Below are positions 61,410-64,000 of a DNA stretch of 64,000 bases, piece after piece; the stretch's first letter is position 1; each line of letters opens with the position of its first letter. Made by a program: the position numbers and the translations under genes. Under the pieces are notes generated by a model. It ran no database searches and had not been told where the DNA came from. It was given only the letters and a program-made list of their open reading frames with translations. Origin of the DNA: Caulobacteraceae bacterium (lineage in GTDB: Bacteria; Pseudomonadota; Alphaproteobacteria; Caulobacterales; Caulobacteraceae); assembly GCA_965279095.1 (NCBI GenBank), contig CBDIHH010000002.1, forward strand, positions 20,438 through 84,437, read 5' to 3'.

Positions 61410-61823
61410 ATGATGCTTCGACCCCTCGCCCTCGCCGCCGTGGCAAGCCTCGGCCTCGCCGCCTGCGCGACGACAACCACGACGACAACCACGACGACGC
61501 CGTCGGCGGACGGCCCCGGCCCCGGAGTCCCGACCGCCGAGGCCGAGCAGGAGGCGATCTATTCGGCGGCCCTCGGCCGGGCCGGCCTGAATGTGAGGGT
61601 CAATTCCAATGGATGCACGAAGCGGGCGGACTTCCAGGTCCAGGTGCTGGACGGCTATCCCGCCCCGACGGTGATCCTGCGCCGCATCAAGCCCGACCTG
61701 TGCCGGGCCTTCGTGGCCGGCGGCGTGGACCTGCTGTTCAACTGGGCGGATCTGCGGCTGCCGCCGACCTCGCCCATCGTCCTGGCCAATCCGCTGGCGG
61801 CGGATCCGACGCCGGGGCGGTAG
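61410..61823 (+). CDS. Lipoprotein with a poly-threonine linker, function unknown
   Basis: Lipobox LGLAAC followed by a T10 run, then a Cys-containing globular part. Confidence 0.6.
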   Translation: MMLRPLALAAVASLGLAACATTTTTTTTTTPSADGPGPGVPTAEAEQEAIYSAALGRAGLNVRVNSNGCTKRADFQVQVLDGYPAPTVILRRIKPDLCRAFVAGGVDLLFNWADLRLPPTSPIVLANPLAADPTPGR

Positions 61824-61826
61824 TCG

Positions 61827-61985
61827 CTCTCCGCCCCCGACCGCAGGGCGGGGGACGGGGACCGCCGCGCAGTGGTGGTGGAGGGGGCGGCGCCGCCGTC
61901 AGGCCTTTTCGGAAGCGGCGGCGCTGCCCCTTCCACCTCGGCGCTGCGCGCCGCGGTCCCCCTTCCCCGCTTCGCGGGGCAGGAG
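61827..61985. repeat. Family B nested-palindrome element, copy 2
   Basis: Both ends match 22668-22819. The central part differs. Confidence 0.85.
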
Positions 61986-61993
61986 AGAAGGCT

Positions 61994-62356
61994 TCAGCCC
62001 GCCAGCACGCCCTGCTCGACCAGCAGGGGCTTGAGCTCTCCGGACTGGAACATCTCGCGCACGATGTCGGAGCCGCCGATGAGATCGCCCTTGACGTAGA
62101 GCTGGGGGATGGTGGGCCAGTCGGAGAAGGACTTGATGCCCTGGCGAAGCTCGTCGCTCTGCAGGACGTTGACGCTGACGAAGTCGACGCCGAGGTGGTC
62201 GAGGATCTGCACGCAGACGGCGGAGAAGCCGCACTGGGGCGCGTCGGGCACGCCCTTCATGAACAGGACCACCGGATTCTCCTCCAGGGTCTTGGCGATG
62301 AAAGCGTGGGCCGGGTCGGCGTGGGCGGGGTCGGCGGGGGCGTCGGTCACGGTCAT
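61994..62356 (-). CDS. grxD: Monothiol glutaredoxin (Grx4 family)
   Basis: CGFS active site and WPTIPQLYVKGDLIGG. Confidence 0.95.
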   Translation of the reverse strand: MTVTDAPADPAHADPAHAFIAKTLEENPVVLFMKGVPDAPQCGFSAVCVQILDHLGVDFVSVNVLQSDELRQGIKSFSDWPTIPQLYVKGDLIGGSDIVREMFQSGELKPLLVEQGVLAG

Positions 62357-62416
62357 GGCCTCTGATATGCAGCCGTCATCAGCTAGGGAGCCGCGGCCCT
62401 CCGGTCAAGCCGGGTG

Positions 62417-63319
62417 TCAGGCGCGTCGACCGGCGCCGGGGTCGATCCGGGCCATTTCGATCTGGGCGGCCAGCCCCGCGGGAAGGTCGCGGTCGGCGGC
62501 GCTCGCCAGGCCCCGAACCTGCTCGATGTCCTCGGCGATCACCTGCACCGTGGCCAGGGACGGCTCGGTGAGGGCGAAGGCCAGGGCGATCTGCTCGATC
62601 GTCCAGCCGGGGGTGTATCGCAGAAAGTTGTAGGGGCCGACCTCTGGGGCCTGGGCGCGGCGGCCCCACAGCCCACGCTTGGTCGGCGCCGGTTCGGGCG
62701 CAGAGGGGCGCAGGATGGCAGGGCACGGATCGGAGCCGATCACCGCCATCTCGTGCCCCTGGGCGGCGCGGATCCTCAGGCGCGCGCGCCAGCCGGACGC
62801 CATGTTGAAGGGCAGGGCCAGGGCGTCGAAGGCGCCGGTGGAGATATAGGCGTCGATGGCCTCACCCTCGCCGGCGATGCCGATGTAGCGGATCACCCCC
62901 TGGGACTTCAGGCTTTTGAGCAGGGCGAGGGACTGCGGAGGCAGGTCGGTCTCGCCGGGGTCGTCGAGGAGCACCAGATCGAGATAGCCCAGCCCGGTGC
63001 GGCCGAGCAGCGACTGCACCGCCGCCTGGACGATCTGGGGTTGAAAGGCCTGGGCGGCGTAGCGGGCGGGCACGGCCCGGGGTCCCAGGCGCAGGCCCGC
63101 CATGATCAGGCGCCGCTCCACGCCGGCCAGGGCCTGGCTGACGCCTTGGCTTATGACGGGCTGATGGCCATGGAAGTCGAAGGTGTTGATGCCGGCCTCC
63201 AGGGCGGCCACCGCCAGCTCCGCCCAGTCCTCCGCGTTACGCGGACCGACATCGTCGGTCAGGGCCAGGGAGATGGCCGAGACCGAGATGTCGAAATGGG
63301 CGAAGGGTCGGTAGCGCAC
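62417..63319 (-). CDS. Aldo/keto reductase-like protein
   Basis: TIM-barrel AKR-like pattern (GINTFD, YLDLVLLD, IRYIGI). Weaker match than the other calls. Confidence 0.55.
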   Translation of the reverse strand: MRYRPFAHFDISVSAISLALTDDVGPRNAEDWAELAVAALEAGINTFDFHGHQPVISQGVSQALAGVERRLIMAGLRLGPRAVPARYAAQAFQPQIVQAAVQSLLGRTGLGYLDLVLLDDPGETDLPPQSLALLKSLKSQGVIRYIGIAGEGEAIDAYISTGAFDALALPFNMASGWRARLRIRAAQGHEMAVIGSDPCPAILRPSAPEPAPTKRGLWGRRAQAPEVGPYNFLRYTPGWTIEQIALAFALTEPSLATVQVIAEDIEQVRGLASAADRDLPAGLAAQIEMARIDPGAGRRA

Positions 63320-63323
63320 AGGC

Positions 63324-63563
63324 TCAGGGCGCCTCTGCGGCCAGGGTCTCCAGAGCGAGGGCGTGAAGCTCGCCCCCCATCTTGCCCTTCAGGGCGGCGT
63401 AGACCAGCTGGTGCTGACGCACGCGGCTGAGACCGGCGAAGGCGGGGCTGACGATCCGGGCCTTGTAGTGGTCGCCGTCGCCGGCGAGGTCCTCCACGCG
63501 GATGTCCGCGTCGGGAAAGGCGGCGCGAAGCTCCGCCTCGAGCTGGTGTTGTGGCATCGGCAT
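63324..63563 (-). CDS. bolA: BolA-family protein
   Basis: GDGDHY...SRVRQHQLVY...HAL BolA signature. Adjacent to the grxD region. Confidence 0.9.
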   Translation of the reverse strand: MPMPQHQLEAELRAAFPDADIRVEDLAGDGDHYKARIVSPAFAGLSRVRQHQLVYAALKGKMGGELHALALETLAAEAP

Positions 63564-63575
63564 GGACGCACTCCG

Positions 63576-64000
63576 TCAACGTGATTTATGGCCGAGAAAG
63601 CTTAAGAGCCCCTGACCGGGTCCAGGGCGCCGCTGGCGCCGGCGGCTGCGCCATTCATCGATCAGGTCGAGTTCGCGCGCGAGGCTGAAATAGCGCTCGT
63701 GCCAACGGGGCAGGGCGCCGGCGAGGCGCGGCATATGACAGTGTGCCCGCGCCAGCAGGCCGACCACGCGCAGCCATGCCGCCCAGGCGACCCGCGCGGC
63801 GCGCCCGGGGGCCATCGCCGCCGGCGGTCGCGGCGGCGGCAGGCCGCACAGGGCGTTGGCGACCGCCAAGACCTGGGTGAAGCGGTGATCCTGGGGCGCC
63901 TGGGCCACCGCGGCGATCAGCGGATCGCGCGCCTGCGCCGGCCGCCCCTGGCGCATGGCGAAGGCGGCCTGGGCGTGGAGCACCAACGGGTGGCCGGGCA
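63576..64000 (-). CDS. Hypothetical protein, 3' part only (the frame stays open to the window edge)
   Basis: High GC3 in this frame from about 63620 onward. No recognisable motif. Confidence 0.4.
   Translation of the reverse strand, partial: PGHPLVLHAQAAFAMRQGRPAQARDPLIAAVAQAPQDHRFTQVLAVANALCGLPPPRPPAAMAPGRAARVAWAAWLRVVGLLARAHCHMPRLAGALPRWHERYFSLARELDLIDEWRSRRRQRRPGPGQGLLSFLGHKSR

Overview
High-GC (roughly 68-70%) alphaproteobacterial chromosome segment. The gene order (fabD-fabG-acpP-fabF-mltG-yicC-gmk, then rsmA-pdxA-surA-lptD-lptG-lptF / pepA-holC) looks Caulobacterales-like, but that is inference, not a search result. Most of the window is housekeeping: efp with epmA and epmB, alr, dnaB, rpsF-rpsR-rplI, the fab cluster, the LPS-transport cluster, recA, alaS, icd, rpsD and grxD-bolA. 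No rRNA, tRNA, CRISPR array, transposase, integrase or recognisable defence genes were seen. All product calls come from motif and family recognition by eye, with no database search. Many long ORFs in the track are GC-rich shadow frames and were discarded. Several starts were moved inward to the first plausible ATG/GTG with an RBS. Four things stand out. (1) A Tat-signal thiamine-diphosphate enzyme sits in an operon with a dihaem cytochrome c. (2) A two-gene insertion lies between gmk and rsmA: a twin-CX3C miniprotein, then a codon-atypical TPR protein behind a perfect GTTC-N7-GTTC SOS box that closely resembles the recA operator. (3) Intergenic DNA carries a dense set of nested-palindrome, MITE-like repeats. 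They occupy every convergent gene junction with a spacer over 40 bp. One family shows loop inversion between its two copies, and 22284-22819 holds a pile-up of several elements. (4) An AT-rich perfect 28-bp-arm palindrome supplies the stop codons of two convergent genes. I found no clear-cut novel multi-gene system, so the candidates are ranked with modest interest scores.
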